DNA from: an uncultured Alphaproteobacteria bacterium
Lineage (GTDB): Bacteria > Pseudomonadota > Alphaproteobacteria > Rhodobacterales > Rhodobacteraceae
Assembly (NCBI GenBank): GCA_902596605.1
Contig: CACJUU010000009.1
Location: 21,364-85,363, forward strand
Length of the DNA stretch: 64,000 bases
Direction: 5' to 3'
The stretch's first letter is position 1. Every line of letters starts with the position of its first letter. Under the pieces are notes generated by a model. The model ran no database searches, was not told the DNA's origin, and saw only the letters and a program-made list of their open reading frames with translations. Shown here piece after piece: positions 23,441 through 34,550 of the stretch. Made by a program: the position numbers and the translations under genes.

Positions 23441-23815
23441 ATGGACAATAGACCCTTATCTCCTCACCTAACGGTGTACAAACCTCAAATTACTTCGGTG
23501 TTATCAATCTTTCATCGTATTACAGGCGCTGGTCTCGCAATATCAACAGCACTGGTCGTGTTTTGGCTGGCATCTTTAGCTATTGGTGAGGTTACTTTCA
23601 AACGTTATAACAATTTTTTAAACAATCCATTTATTATAATAGTTTTAGTTTCCTCGCTATGGGCGCTTTGGTATCATTTTTGTACGGGGCTACGCCATCT
23701 TTATTGGGATATGGGTTATGGGTACGATTTAAAGTCTGTCACCATCAGCGGGTGGGTAGCAGTGATTTTCTCATTTGTGCTTACATTTCTAACACTTTTG
23801 TTTCTCATCAGTTGA
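23441..23815 (+). CDS. sdhC: Succinate dehydrogenase cytochrome b556 subunit
   Basis: RPLSPHLTVYKPQITSVLSIFHRITG is the SdhC signature. It has three TM helices and is the first gene of sdhCDAB. Confidence 0.9.
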   Translation: MDNRPLSPHLTVYKPQITSVLSIFHRITGAGLAISTALVVFWLASLAIGEVTFKRYNNFLNNPFIIIVLVSSLWALWYHFCTGLRHLYWDMGYGYDLKSVTISGWVAVIFSFVLTFLTLLFLIS

Positions 23816-24145
23816 ATGTCAGACGGAATTAAACATTGGAAATATTCGAGGGTTAGTTCAATACTACTAATCCCGCTTACAATCTGGTTTGTTGCTTTTT
23901 TCAGTAAAAATTTCGGAATGCCTTTCGAACAAGTTACTAGTTCATTATCGACACCCTTAAATTTTTTGCTGATGTTGACATTTATTACAGCGACAATTTT
24001 TCATCTTCAACAGGGTTTACAAGTTATTATTGAAGACTATGTTTATAGGAGACTGTGGATTAATTTAAATATATTATTTTGTAGTTTACTTTTTATTGTG
24101 AGCATAATCAGTCTCGTAAAATTGGTACTAGTAGGTGTTTTATGA
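23816..24145 (+). CDS. sdhD: Succinate dehydrogenase hydrophobic membrane anchor
   Basis: 109 aa with three TM helices, positioned between sdhC and sdhA. Its stop overlaps the sdhA ATG (ATGA). Confidence 0.85.
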   Translation: MSDGIKHWKYSRVSSILLIPLTIWFVAFFSKNFGMPFEQVTSSLSTPLNFLLMLTFITATIFHLQQGLQVIIEDYVYRRLWINLNILFCSLLFIVSIISLVKLVLVGVL

Positions 24146-25950
24146 ATTCATATGAAATCACAGATCACGTTTATGACGTTGTGGTTGTAGGAGCTGGCGG
24201 TGCCGGGTTGAGAGCTACTTTAGGGATGGCAGAGCAGGGCCTAAAAACGGCCTGTGTCACTAAGCTATTCCCCACCAGAAGTCACACGGTGGCTGCCCAA
24301 GGTGGAATTGCGGCATCATTATCAAATATGGGGCCTGATCATTGGCATTGGCATATGTACGATACTGTTAAAGGTTCAGATTGGCTCGGAGACAGTGATG
24401 CGATGGAGTATCTTGCAAAAGAGGCGCCAAAAGCTGTTTACGAACTCGAACATTATGGAGTGCCATTTTCTAGAACCGAAGAAGGCAAAATTTATCAAAG
24501 ACCTTTTGGTGGACACACTACAGAATTTGGTGAAGGACCTCCAGTGCAACGAACTTGTGCAGCAGCTGATCGTACCGGACACGCAATACTACACACGCTA
24601 TACGGGCAATCACTAAAAAACAATGCCGAGTTTTTCATAGAGTATTTTGCTATCGATTTAATAATGACAGAAGATGGTATTTGTCAGGGTATCATCGCTT
24701 GGAATTTGGATGATGGAACACTGCATAGATTTAATGCAAAGATGGTAGTTTTAGCAACTGGAGGTTATGGAAGAGCATATTTTTCTGCGACATCCGCGCA
24801 TTCTTGTACTGGTGACGGGAATGGAATGATTGCAAGACAAGGATTACCTCTCCAAGACATGGAGTTTGTACAATTTCACCCTACCGGGATTTATGGGGCT
24901 GGATGTCTTATCACCGAGGGAGCAAGAGGTGAGGGAGGTTACCTTACTAACTCTGATGGTGAAAGATTTATGGAGCGATATGCCCCAACTTATAAGGACT
25001 TGGCTAGTAGGGATGTCGTATCGAGATGTATGACAATGGAGATAAGAGATGGTCGTGGAGTTGGATCGGAAAAAGATCACATCTTCTTACACCTAAACCA
25101 TCTTCCTCCTGAAACATTAGCAGAAAGACTTCCAGGCATTTCGGAAAGTGCCAGAGTTTTTGCGGGGGTCGATGTAAACAAAGACCCAATACCAGTTTTA
25201 CCAACCGTGCATTACAATATGGGTGGAATTCCGACAAACTATTGGGGCGAAGTAATAAGTCCTGATGGAGAAGATCAGAACAAAATATTGCCTGGTCTAA
25301 TGGCTGTTGGTGAAGCAGGATGCGCTTCGGTACATGGAGCTAATCGCTTAGGATCAAACAGCTTAATAGACCTAGTTGTTTTTGGAAGAGCAGCCGCAAT
25401 TAAGGCTGGTGAAGTCATAGATAAGAACGAAAGCAATAGACCTTTGAATAAGATTTCTGTTGATCGAGCTATTGGGAGGTTAGATGGACTTAGATTTTCC
25501 AAGGGGACAACTCATACGGCTGAGTTGAGATTGAAAATGCAGAAAACGATGCAGTCTGACGCGGCAGTCTTCCGGTCAGACAAGACTTTATCAGACGGTT
25601 GTGAAAAAATGGCTGACATAGCTGCCGGCATTGACTATGTAAATGTTACCGATAAGTCCATGATTTGGAACACGGATTTAATGGAGACATTGGAACTTAC
25701 AAATTTAATGCCAAATGCTTTGGCAACGATTGTTTCCGCTGAGGCCCGTAAAGAAAGTAGAGGAGCTCATGCACAGGAAGATCACCCTGACAGGGATGAT
25801 GAAAATTGGCGTGTACATTCACTGGCCAAGATATCGGAAAATGGATTCGTGAGCCTTAGTTACAGAGATGTTATTACTAAACCTCTGAGTGACATAAAGG
25901 ACGGTGGGATAGATACGGCAAAGATAAAGCCTAAAGCGAGGGTTTATTAA
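24142..25950 (+). CDS. sdhA: Succinate dehydrogenase flavoprotein subunit
   Basis: [11 protein letters not shown], the covalent-FAD site [10 protein letters not shown] and HPTG/HYNMGG motifs are present. 602 aa. Confidence 0.98.
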   Translation: MNSYEITDHVYDVVVVGAGGAGLRATLGMAEQGLKTACVTKLFPTRSHTVAAQGGIAASLSNMGPDHWHWHMYDTVKGSDWLGDSDAMEYLAKEAPKAVYELEHYGVPFSRTEEGKIYQRPFGGHTTEFGEGPPVQRTCAAADRTGHAILHTLYGQSLKNNAEFFIEYFAIDLIMTEDGICQGIIAWNLDDGTLHRFNAKMVVLATGGYGRAYFSATSAHSCTGDGNGMIARQGLPLQDMEFVQFHPTGIYGAGCLITEGARGEGGYLTNSDGERFMERYAPTYKDLASRDVVSRCMTMEIRDGRGVGSEKDHIFLHLNHLPPETLAERLPGISESARVFAGVDVNKDPIPVLPTVHYNMGGIPTNYWGEVISPDGEDQNKILPGLMAVGEAGCASVHGANRLGSNSLIDLVVFGRAAAIKAGEVIDKNESNRPLNKISVDRAIGRLDGLRFSKGTTHTAELRLKMQKTMQSDAAVFRSDKTLSDGCEKMADIAAGIDYVNVTDKSMIWNTDLMETLELTNLMPNALATIVSAEARKESRGAHAQEDHPDRDDENWRVHSLAKISENGFVSLSYRDVITKPLSDIKDGGIDTAKIKPKARVY

Positions 25951-25953
25951 AAA

Positions 25954-26730
25954 ATGGTCGAATTAAGATTACCTAAAAACTCTAGGGTAACGCAGGGTAT
26001 TACATGGGAAAAGCCGTCAGACGCAGAAAATGTACAGGAAGTCAGAATTTATCGATACAACCCAGAAGATAGCGAAAACCCTCGTTTAGATACCTTTTTT
26101 GTAGATCTGGATAAGTGCGGTCCAATGATATTGGATGCGCTGATAAAAATAAAAAACGAGATAGATCCGACACTAACCTTTAGGCGCTCTTGTAGAGAGG
26201 GTATATGTGGGTCTTGCTCAATGAATATTGGAGGCGTCAATACTCTTGCATGCCTTAAAGGAATTAAGGAATTCAAGGGGCCAATTAATATTTACCCTTT
26301 ACCTCATTTGCCAGTGATCAAAGATTTGGTTCCGGACTTAAAGCAGTTTTACATGCAACATGCAAGTATAAAGCCTTGGTTGGAGACTTTTACAGATGAG
26401 CCAACAGAGGAATGGCTGCAATCTGAGGCAGATAGAAAAGAGCTTGACGGATTATATGAATGTGTAATGTGCGCTTGCTGTTCAACTTCTTGCCCAAGCT
26501 ACTGGTGGAACGGTGATAAATATTTAGGCCCAGCTGCATTGTTACATGCATATCGATGGATTATCGACAGCAGAGATCAGGATAGAAAAGCTAGGTTGGA
26601 CGAACTAAATGACTCTTTTAAACTGTATAGGTGCCATACAATAATGAATTGTGCAAAGGCATGTCCAAAGGGCTTAAATCCTGCAAAAGCTATAGCAGAG
26701 ATAAAAAAGTTGCAGCTGCAGAACAGCTGA
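25954..26730 (+). CDS. sdhB: Succinate dehydrogenase iron-sulfur subunit
   Basis: Three Cys clusters are present: [21 protein letters not shown] and [12 protein letters not shown]. Confidence 0.98.
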   Translation: MVELRLPKNSRVTQGITWEKPSDAENVQEVRIYRYNPEDSENPRLDTFFVDLDKCGPMILDALIKIKNEIDPTLTFRRSCREGICGSCSMNIGGVNTLACLKGIKEFKGPINIYPLPHLPVIKDLVPDLKQFYMQHASIKPWLETFTDEPTEEWLQSEADRKELDGLYECVMCACCSTSCPSYWWNGDKYLGPAALLHAYRWIIDSRDQDRKARLDELNDSFKLYRCHTIMNCAKACPKGLNPAKAIAEIKKLQLQNS

Positions 26731-26743
26731 GACAGATTGTAAA

Positions 26744-28693
26744 CTAAGCAGCACTCTGCTCAACAAAATCCGACATATCTGATATTATCGTATTGAGATC
26801 ATAATCTTTTGGCGTGTAAACTTTTTTAACACCCATCTTTCGAATTATTTCGAAATCTTTCTCGGGTATAATGCCTCCTACTATTACTGGTATTTTTGTC
26901 ATGTTTTTTGTTTTCAATAAGTTTGTCAGATCTTCTAAAATTTCTAGATGGCTCCCTGATAGTATTGATAACCCAATAATATGAACGGACTCTTCTAAAG
27001 CAGAGTTGACTATTTGGTTTGGTGTAAGTCGGATTCCTTGATAAACAACATCAAATCCAGCTTCCTTCGCCCTCATTGCAATTTGCTCAGCTCCATTTGA
27101 ATGCCCATCAAGACCGGGCTTTCCTATTAAGAGTTTAATATTTCTTTTAAGCTTTTTACTTACTTCTTTTACTTTCTTTTGTAGCGTGGGCAGGCTTTCG
27201 CTGTCTGAAGATTTAGAAATAGTCACCCCTGTTGGTGCTCTAAATTCACCAAAAACTTCTCTCATCGTATCTGCCCATTCACCAGTGGTGACCCCTGCTT
27301 TCGCTGCTTCAATAGATGCTGTCATTATATTTATTTTTTTTCTGGCTGCATCTTTTAGGTTGTCTTTGGCCTTTTCAACCAAATTATTATTTCTTTTTGA
27401 TCTCCAATCTGTAAGAGAGGAAATTTGAATTTTCTCAATTTTTTTATCAACCACTTGCACACTATCGCCGTCTCCTGAAGAAAGACCACTTTCTTCAGAA
27501 GTAGTAAATTTATTTACGCCAACAACTATTGTTTCACCACTTTCAATTTTAGATAATCTTTTCGCATTAGATGAAACTAAAGCCCTTTTCATGTAATCTA
27601 AGGCCGCTACCGTCCCGCCCATTTTATCAATTTTTTCTACCTTTAAATTAACTTCCTTAAGTATCCTTTTAACTTTTTTTTCTATAATTGGGTTTTGGTC
27701 AAATATATCTTCATACTCTAAAAGATCTGTTTCATAGGCTAAGACTTGCTGCATTCTCAGAGACCATTGCTGATCCCATGGTCTGGGAAGTCCCATCGCT
27801 TCATTCCATGCAGGAAGCTGTATTGCCCTCGCTCTTGCATTTTTTGAGAGGGTTACAGCTAATAATTCAAGCAATATCCGGTAAACATTATTTTCAGGTT
27901 GTTGTTCGGTTAGTCCTAAGCTGTTCACCTGTACACCATACCTAAATCGTCTGAGCTTTTCTTCCTTCACACCATATTTGGTGAGACAGATTTCATTCCA
28001 TAACTCCACAAAAGCACGCATTTTACAGATTTCACTAATGAACTTTATTCCTGCATTTACAAAAAAAGATACCCTTCCTACTACGAAGGGAAACTCTTTA
28101 GTGGACACTCGTCGCCGAATTTTATCCAATACTGCGGTTGCAGTCGAAATTGCAAAGGCAACCTCCTCTTCAATCGTTGCGCCAGCTTCCTGGAGATGAT
28201 ACGAGCAAATATTTATAGGGTTCCACTTCGGAATATTTCTGTAGCAATATTCCGTAACATCAGCGATTAAATTTAAACTATCCTCTGGTGGGAATATGTA
28301 AGTTCCTCTACTCAAATATTCTTTAATGATGTCATTTTGGACAGTGCCCTGTAATGTATTAACTTTAAGGTCTTGCTCCTCTGCTAAGGCAACATAGAGC
28401 GCTAAAAGCCACGGCGCCGTCGCATTTATTGTCATGGAGGTATTCATTTTATCAAGAGGAATATCTTTAAAAAGCATTCGCATATCGCCCAGGTGATTGA
28501 TAGGGACGCCAACTTTTCCAACTTCTCCTCTAGCTAGTTGGTGATCACTATCATAACCAGTTTGAGTTGGTAGATCAAAAGCGACTGAAAGGCCCGTTTG
28601 ACCTTTACTTAGATTATCTCTGAAAAGCTTATTACTTGCTGAGGCCGAACTATGACCCGCATAAGTTCTGAATATCCAAGGCTTAGAATTCAT
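26744..28693 (-). CDS. ecm: Ethylmalonyl-CoA mutase-type, B12-dependent, single-chain acyl-CoA mutase
   Basis: PWIFRTYAGHSSA...GQTGLSVAFDLPTQTGYDSDH.LARGEVGKVGVP is the Ecm/MeaA flavour as I remember it, in contrast to FST/MAGV in methylmalonyl-CoA mutase. A fused C-terminal B12-binding domain (GKPGLDGHSNG) is present. It is divergent from ccr. Start trimmed to MNSKPW. Confidence 0.78.
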   Translation of the reverse strand: MNSKPWIFRTYAGHSSASASNKLFRDNLSKGQTGLSVAFDLPTQTGYDSDHQLARGEVGKVGVPINHLGDMRMLFKDIPLDKMNTSMTINATAPWLLALYVALAEEQDLKVNTLQGTVQNDIIKEYLSRGTYIFPPEDSLNLIADVTEYCYRNIPKWNPINICSYHLQEAGATIEEEVAFAISTATAVLDKIRRRVSTKEFPFVVGRVSFFVNAGIKFISEICKMRAFVELWNEICLTKYGVKEEKLRRFRYGVQVNSLGLTEQQPENNVYRILLELLAVTLSKNARARAIQLPAWNEAMGLPRPWDQQWSLRMQQVLAYETDLLEYEDIFDQNPIIEKKVKRILKEVNLKVEKIDKMGGTVAALDYMKRALVSSNAKRLSKIESGETIVVGVNKFTTSEESGLSSGDGDSVQVVDKKIEKIQISSLTDWRSKRNNNLVEKAKDNLKDAARKKINIMTASIEAAKAGVTTGEWADTMREVFGEFRAPTGVTISKSSDSESLPTLQKKVKEVSKKLKRNIKLLIGKPGLDGHSNGAEQIAMRAKEAGFDVVYQGIRLTPNQIVNSALEESVHIIGLSILSGSHLEILEDLTNLLKTKNMTKIPVIVGGIIPEKDFEIIRKMGVKKVYTPKDYDLNTIISDMSDFVEQSAA

Positions 28694-28853
28694 ACTACTG
28701 TCTTTTATTGAAGAAAAACATTTTTTCAAGTCAAATTTTCCTTATAAGAAACACTCATCAGATTTAATACTAGGATTTTTTAAAATGTAGGGATCTAATA
28801 ACGTGGAGTAAATTTGAGTTGAAATAGAACCAAGAATCGTTCATAAAAACCAA

Positions 28854-30131
28854 ATGATGAATAATGTAATGTCTGAAGTAAAAGCGAAAAATATTTACGA
28901 AGTGGGTGAGATACCCCAACTAGGCCAAGTACCAGAAAAAATGTACGCATGGACTATAAGACGAGAAAGACATGGTGTTCCAGAAAAAAGTTTCCAAATT
29001 GAGCAGGTAGACACCCCCAAGGTTGATAGTAATGAGGTGCTCGTTTTCGTTATGGCTGCCGGTGTAAATTATAATGGAATTTGGGCAGGTCTAGGCGAAC
29101 CTATCTCTCCCTTTGATGTCCATAAAGCTGATTATCATATTGCTGGTTCAGATGCCTCTGGAATAGTTTGGGCGGTAGGCGAAAAAGTAAACCGCTGGAA
29201 GGTTGGTGATGAAGTAGTAATTCATTGCAATCAAGATGATGGAGATGATGAGCAATGCAATGGTGGTGATCCTATGTATTCTCCGAGCCAACGCATTTGG
29301 GGATATGAAACACCTGATGGATCATTTAGTCAATTCACAGCTGTACAATCGCAACAACTCATGTCACGGCCAAAGCATCTAACTTGGGAGGAAGCGGCGT
29401 GTTATACTTTAACCCTTGCGACTGCGTATAGAATGCTTTTTGGTCATGCGCCACATGAGTTAAGGCCCGGTCAAAATGTATTGGTTTGGGGGGCGTCTGG
29501 AGGGTTAGGTTCATATGCAATTCAATTGATAAACACTGCGGGCGCTAATGCAATAGGGGTTATATCCGACGAGGATAAAAGGGACTTTGTGTTGGGTTTA
29601 GGCGCAAAAGGAGTGATTAACAGAAAAGATTTTAATTGTTGGGGTCAAATGCCAACTGTTAATAGTACAGAATTCCGTACGTGGATGGGAGAAGCCAGAA
29701 AGTTTGGAAAAGCAATTTGGGATATTCTCGGCAAGGGTGTAAATGTTGATATGGTGTTTGAACATCCTGGTGAAAGTACGTTCCCTGTATCTGTTTTTGT
29801 TGTAAAAAAAGGGGGTATAGTTGTGATATGTGCTGGAACTACAGGTTATAATCTTACTTTTGACGCAAGATATTTGTGGATGAATCAAAAAAGAGTTCAG
29901 GGTAGCCATTTTGCCAATCTTTTTCAAGCAAGTGCAGCTAACCAACTAATGTTAGATAGGCGTATAGACCCCTGTATGTCAGAAGTATTTCCTTGGCATA
30001 AGATACCAAATGCGCACACCAAAATGATGGATAATCTTCATAAACCGGGAAATATGGCTGTTTTGGTTGGTGCTCCAAAAACGGGTTTGAGGACAATCGA
30101 GGATGCTAGGGACGCTAGCATTAGCATTTAG
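28854..30131 (+). CDS. ccr: Crotonyl-CoA carboxylase/reductase
   Basis: 425-aa MDR-family enzyme. MYAWTIRRERHG.PEKSFQIE.V..P......VLV.VMAAGVNYNGIWA and WGASGGLGS are present. Size and the ecm neighbour fit Ccr. Confidence 0.82.
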   Translation: MMNNVMSEVKAKNIYEVGEIPQLGQVPEKMYAWTIRRERHGVPEKSFQIEQVDTPKVDSNEVLVFVMAAGVNYNGIWAGLGEPISPFDVHKADYHIAGSDASGIVWAVGEKVNRWKVGDEVVIHCNQDDGDDEQCNGGDPMYSPSQRIWGYETPDGSFSQFTAVQSQQLMSRPKHLTWEEAACYTLTLATAYRMLFGHAPHELRPGQNVLVWGASGGLGSYAIQLINTAGANAIGVISDEDKRDFVLGLGAKGVINRKDFNCWGQMPTVNSTEFRTWMGEARKFGKAIWDILGKGVNVDMVFEHPGESTFPVSVFVVKKGGIVVICAGTTGYNLTFDARYLWMNQKRVQGSHFANLFQASAANQLMLDRRIDPCMSEVFPWHKIPNAHTKMMDNLHKPGNMAVLVGAPKTGLRTIEDARDASISI

Positions 30132-30136
30132 TAAAA

Positions 30137-30886
30137 CTACCTGTACAACCAACGAAATAATTGAGCTGCGGAAAACCCCAGAAATAGAGCTATTATTACT
30201 GAAAATAATCCGTAAAAAACTGGATTATTCTCTGAATTATATGATAGAAACTCTTGTATCCCCACTTTTGAAACTTTGACGCTTTGCTCAGACTTGCTTA
30301 ATTCGGTACCTTGTTGATCAATTAATGTTATCTTTATTTTATATAAACCCGGGTGAATTTTGTTGGGAAGGTTGACTTTGTGTGAGAACAATTTTTTATT
30401 GATTATATTTATTTGTTCTTCGAAAGCACTTAACTTCCCAAGCTTTTTCTTTAATCTAGTAAGCTCATCGTAATATTGCTCTACAACATTGTCGTCTTTT
30501 GGTGTGGAGTTTATTTCTAGAAAGTCATAAAACAGTGATTTCAATTTCTTGTTTTCTATTTTTTTCAAAATTGGATGTTCAGGATTAGAAATACTTATTT
30601 GGTAAAAACTTGGTATATCTTGAAAATGTGCAATTTTCTTGTTAATCCATATACCCCAGATTTGAACCTTTTTTCTTATATTGACTGATGTTGAAGGACC
30701 AATAATTTCTATTAGTAAGGATGTACTATCATTTTCTGGTGAAATAGCCCCAAAAACTAAGATACTTGTTCCATCAAAACGTGTTGACAGCTCGATATTA
30801 GATTTATCGATATCAGATATGACTGAACTCAAGGAGAACGGAGACGTTGAAAATATAAAAATTATTGCAAAAATCAGTGCTCTCAT
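30137..30886 (-). CDS. TIGR02186 / Alph_Pro_TM family protein (signal peptide plus C-terminal TM anchor)
   Basis: STRFDGTSILVFGAI...IRKKVQIWGIWINKK...IPSFYQISIS matches my memory of this family. Its ATG overlaps the upstream TauE stop (ATGA). Confidence 0.6.
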   Translation of the reverse strand: MRALIFAIIFIFSTSPFSLSSVISDIDKSNIELSTRFDGTSILVFGAISPENDSTSLLIEIIGPSTSVNIRKKVQIWGIWINKKIAHFQDIPSFYQISISNPEHPILKKIENKKLKSLFYDFLEINSTPKDDNVVEQYYDELTRLKKKLGKLSAFEEQINIINKKLFSHKVNLPNKIHPGLYKIKITLIDQQGTELSKSEQSVKVSKVGIQEFLSYNSENNPVFYGLFSVIIALFLGFSAAQLFRWLYR

Positions 30887-31803
30887 GACCCATTACCATA
30901 CGTTATTGAAAATAAATCGTTCGGAGTTATCATTAAATCTAAGGCAAGCTTTAGACAGACCAAAAGAACGATTATTGCCAAAAGGATTCTAATTTCTTCA
31001 GCCTTCAGTTTAACGGTAACTCTTGCTCCTAATTGTGCTCCTAAAACACCACCAACAATTAAAATCAAAGCAAGTAAAAGATCGACAGTTTTATTTTGCG
31101 TAGCATGCATGAAGGTGGTGAAGGCTGTGATGAACATTATCTGATAGAGTGAGGTGCCGATTACGACTTTGGTAGGCATGCCTAAAATGTAAATCATTGC
31201 AGGTATCAGTATGAAACCTCCGCCTACTCCCATTATTGACGCTAAAATACCTATAATGAAACCAATAATAACAGGGGGGATTGCGCTAATGTATAAGTTG
31301 GAACTTTTAAATTTGGTCTTAAATGGTAGCCCATGAATCCAATTATGTTTTTTCTTTTGCTTAAAAGTGTTTTCTGATTTTCGACTTTTTTGAATCGTGG
31401 ATAAGCTCTCGAGAAACATAAGAGTTCCTATGCTACCAAGAAATAAGATGTAGCAAAGAGAAACGAACAGCTCTATTTGCCCATAACTTTTGATTATTCT
31501 AAAAACTTCTACGCCAACGGCAGAACCAAGAAGACCACCAACAACCAAAATATTTCCCATCTTAAAATCCACTGATCTTCTTTTTAGATGCGCTAAGACA
31601 CCAGAAAAAGAAGATGCCGCTATTTGGTTCGCTTCGGTTGCAACAGCAACGGCTGCGGGAATTCCAAGAAGTATTAAGAGTGGGGTCATAAGAAATCCCC
31701 CTCCAATTCCAAAAACACCGGATAGAAACCCTACGGCTGCGCCAAGTATAAGAAGAACAAACAAATCTACGGGCACATCAGCTATTGGTAGAAAAATTTG
31801 CAT
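30883..31803 (-). CDS. TauE/SafE-family anion exporter-like membrane protein
   Basis: 306 aa and polytopic. Repeated G-rich helices (GVFGIGGGFLMTPLL and MGVGGGFILIPAMIY) are typical of TauE/SafE (DUF81). Confidence 0.85.
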   Translation of the reverse strand: MQIFLPIADVPVDLFVLLILGAAVGFLSGVFGIGGGFLMTPLLILLGIPAAVAVATEANQIAASSFSGVLAHLKRRSVDFKMGNILVVGGLLGSAVGVEVFRIIKSYGQIELFVSLCYILFLGSIGTLMFLESLSTIQKSRKSENTFKQKKKHNWIHGLPFKTKFKSSNLYISAIPPVIIGFIIGILASIMGVGGGFILIPAMIYILGMPTKVVIGTSLYQIMFITAFTTFMHATQNKTVDLLLALILIVGGVLGAQLGARVTVKLKAEEIRILLAIIVLLVCLKLALDLMITPNDLFSITYGNGS

Positions 31804-31952
31804 TAGAATAACTTTTTTAGCTTATCACTTTGATGGTAGTTTTATTTAACATTTATGGTTTAAAACTTTGAGTTAATGGTATACCGTTAGTGTTATATTA
31901 TAGTTATAATGCAAGTCATTACTTTTTTTAAAAAATTATTAGGGAGAATTAG

Positions 31953-32951
31953 ATGCGTAAATTTATTCAGCTGTTTACTGTAGCGATTATTATGTTCTCT
32001 GCCTCTATACTTTCTGCAGACATAAAGCCTGCAGTAATATATGATATGGGTGGAAAATTTGATAAATCGTTTAACGAAAGTGTTTACAACGGAGCTCAAC
32101 GTTTCACAAAAGAAACCGGCATCAAAGTTATGGAGTTTGAAGTTACCAATGAGGCTCAGCGTGAGCAAGGTATGCGAAAAATGGCACAGAGAGGAGCAAA
32201 CGTTATTGTTTGTGTTGGTTTTGCGCAAGCTGATGCGTGTGATAAAGTCGCAAAGGAGTTTCCTAACACAAAATTTTCAATAATTGATGTTGGTTGGCTA
32301 GACAACGCTAATATGCGCCAATATGTTTTCAAAGAACATGAGGGCTCGTTTTTGGTAGGTGCGTTAGCTGCTATGGCTTCTAAAACTGGGAAAGTTGGTT
32401 TCGTGGGAGGAATGGATATTCCTTTGATTAGAAAGTTTGCATGTGGATATGTTCAGGGAGCGAAGGCAGTAAATTCCAAAGTAGAAGTATATCAAAACAT
32501 GACGGGAACAACACCTGCAGCATGGAATGATCCAGCAAAGGGATCAGAGCTTGCGAAATCTCAATTTGATCGTGGAGCCGATGTGGTTTATGCTGCTGCT
32601 GGAGGTACTGGGGCAGGAGTATATCAAGCTGCTGCAGATTCAGGCAAACTCGCAATAGGTGTTGATAGTAATCAAAACTATATGCATCCAGGAACCATGT
32701 TAACTTCAATGCTAAAAAGGGTTGATTTAGCCACTTATGAAACCTTTATGGACGTTAAGTCAGGGAACTTCACAAGTGGAGTAAAGGTTCTTGGGCTAGC
32801 TGAAGATGGAGTTGGTTGGGCTTTTGATGAATATAACAAGCCCCTTATTACTGATGTAATGAAGTCAACAATAAATGGTTTGTCGGACAAAGTTAAGAGT
32901 GGATCAATAAAAGTTCACGACTATATGAGCGATAATAATTGCCCATCATAG
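31953..32951 (+). CDS. BMP-family (PnrA-like) nucleoside ABC transporter substrate-binding protein
   Basis: A signal peptide is followed by GGKFDKSFNES...GFVGGMDIPLIRKF..GY..GA, the BMP/basic-membrane-protein pattern. Confidence 0.85.
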   Translation: MRKFIQLFTVAIIMFSASILSADIKPAVIYDMGGKFDKSFNESVYNGAQRFTKETGIKVMEFEVTNEAQREQGMRKMAQRGANVIVCVGFAQADACDKVAKEFPNTKFSIIDVGWLDNANMRQYVFKEHEGSFLVGALAAMASKTGKVGFVGGMDIPLIRKFACGYVQGAKAVNSKVEVYQNMTGTTPAAWNDPAKGSELAKSQFDRGADVVYAAAGGTGAGVYQAAADSGKLAIGVDSNQNYMHPGTMLTSMLKRVDLATYETFMDVKSGNFTSGVKVLGLAEDGVGWAFDEYNKPLITDVMKSTINGLSDKVKSGSIKVHDYMSDNNCPS

Positions 32952-32963
32952 AATTAACTTCTA

Positions 32964-34541
32964 ATGAAAAATAGTGAAAATAAGGGAGGCAATGAGGCAA
33001 TCGCTTCATTGCCTCCCTCTACTGAATCAGCAATTGAGCTTAAAAATATCACTAAAAGATTTGGTCATGTTATAGCTAACAGTGACGTAAACCTTAAAGT
33101 CAGCACAGGTACTATCCATGGAATTGTTGGAGAGAATGGTGCTGGAAAATCAACTCTAATGAACATTTTATTCGGTCTATATAAGCCAGATAGTGGAATG
33201 ATTTTTTTAAATGGTCAAGCAGTTGACGTGAACTCTCCAGAAAAATCAATAGCTCTAGGAATTGGTATGGTGCATCAGCATTTTATGTTGGTTCCAACAT
33301 TTACTGTTTTAGAAAATGCAATGCTTGGTAATGAAGGAAGCATGCTTTTGAGAAGCGGGGAGGAGGTTGTTCTTGATAGATTGAAAGATTTATCAAATAA
33401 TTATGGTCTTGATGTTGACTTTGAAGCGATAATTTCAGATACCCCGGTCGGAATGCAGCAGCGGGTAGAAATACTAAAAGCTCTCAATAGAGGAGCTAAA
33501 ATTCTAATTTTAGATGAACCAACGGGTGTTCTAACTCCGCAAGAAACTATTGGTTTATTCGATATTCTCAGATCGTTAAGGGAACAGGGAGTTACCATAA
33601 TTTTAATAACACATAAACTTAAAGAGATCATGAGTATTACTGATACGGTATCAGTGATGCGAGGGGGAAAGGTTGTCGCCGATTTTTCTACAGAAAAAAC
33701 ATCACCTGAAGAGTTGGCTGAAAATATGGTTGGCAGAAAGGTACTGTTATCGATTAAAAAGCCTACTTTAAAGGTAGGGAAACCAGTTCTTGAAGTAAAA
33801 AACGTGAGCCACGAAAGCAAAGATGGCGTCCTTGTGCTTAAAAATATTTCATTCGATTTAAAGGAAGGAGAAATATTAGGAATTGCAGGAGTAGCTGGTA
33901 ATGGACAATCGGAACTTTTAGATATTCTTTCGGGTATAGAAACCCTTCAGAGAGGGCAAATTACTGTTAATGATAAAACAATTTTGCCATTTCAAGATTG
34001 GAATTCAAAAAAAGCGAGAGAGTTTGGCGTTGCTCATGTGCCTGAGGATAGGCACAAACGAGGTTTGGTCTTACCATTTCATAATTATGAAAATAGCATA
34101 TTGGGTTACCACCGGAATGAGGATTATTCTAGTGGCTTTTTGATGGATAAAAGGAAAATATTAAATTTTGTGGATGACCTTGTTGAAAATTTTGATGTAA
34201 GACCTAGAAGCTCTTCAATTTCTTCAGGAAAGTTATCTGGTGGAAATCAGCAAAAGTTGGTACTTGCAAGAGAGATAGAAAGCAATCCCAATATCCTTTT
34301 AGTTGGCCAACCGACTAGAGGAGTTGATATAGGAGCAATTGAAAGAATATATGAAGATTTAATGAAGTTAAAAAGTAAAGGTACAGCTATCTTGCTTGTT
34401 TCAGTTGAACTGGACGAAATCATGTCTTTATCTGATAGAATCGTAGTGATGAACCAAGGCACTATCGTTGGAGAAACTAATAGCTCAAATGCAACTGAGT
34501 TAGACCTTGGAAAAATGATGTCAGGTCTCGAACAGGTTTAA
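32964..34541 (+). CDS. Nucleoside/sugar-type ABC transporter ATP-binding protein (tandem NBDs)
   Basis: 525 aa with two NBDs. Walker A is GENGAGKST. The signature sequence is degenerate in the first NBD and reads LSGGNQQK in the second. Confidence 0.9.
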   Translation: MKNSENKGGNEAIASLPPSTESAIELKNITKRFGHVIANSDVNLKVSTGTIHGIVGENGAGKSTLMNILFGLYKPDSGMIFLNGQAVDVNSPEKSIALGIGMVHQHFMLVPTFTVLENAMLGNEGSMLLRSGEEVVLDRLKDLSNNYGLDVDFEAIISDTPVGMQQRVEILKALNRGAKILILDEPTGVLTPQETIGLFDILRSLREQGVTIILITHKLKEIMSITDTVSVMRGGKVVADFSTEKTSPEELAENMVGRKVLLSIKKPTLKVGKPVLEVKNVSHESKDGVLVLKNISFDLKEGEILGIAGVAGNGQSELLDILSGIETLQRGQITVNDKTILPFQDWNSKKAREFGVAHVPEDRHKRGLVLPFHNYENSILGYHRNEDYSSGFLMDKRKILNFVDDLVENFDVRPRSSSISSGKLSGGNQQKLVLAREIESNPNILLVGQPTRGVDIGAIERIYEDLMKLKSKGTAILLVSVELDEIMSLSDRIVVMNQGTIVGETNSSNATELDLGKMMSGLEQV

Positions 34542-34550
34542 GAGGTTAGA

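Noticed and set aside
31804-31952. Possible purine or nucleoside riboswitch upstream of the BMP nucleoside transporter
   Set aside because: I read both strands and saw none of the conserved purine-riboswitch core elements or a convincing three-way junction. The region is only AT-rich promoter-like sequence. An Infernal scan would settle it.
31893-32228. 111-aa minus-strand ORF overlapping the start of the BMP substrate-binding gene
   Set aside because: It overlaps a strongly supported plus-strand gene and its promoter region. It has no motifs and an odd composition, so it is likely spurious.
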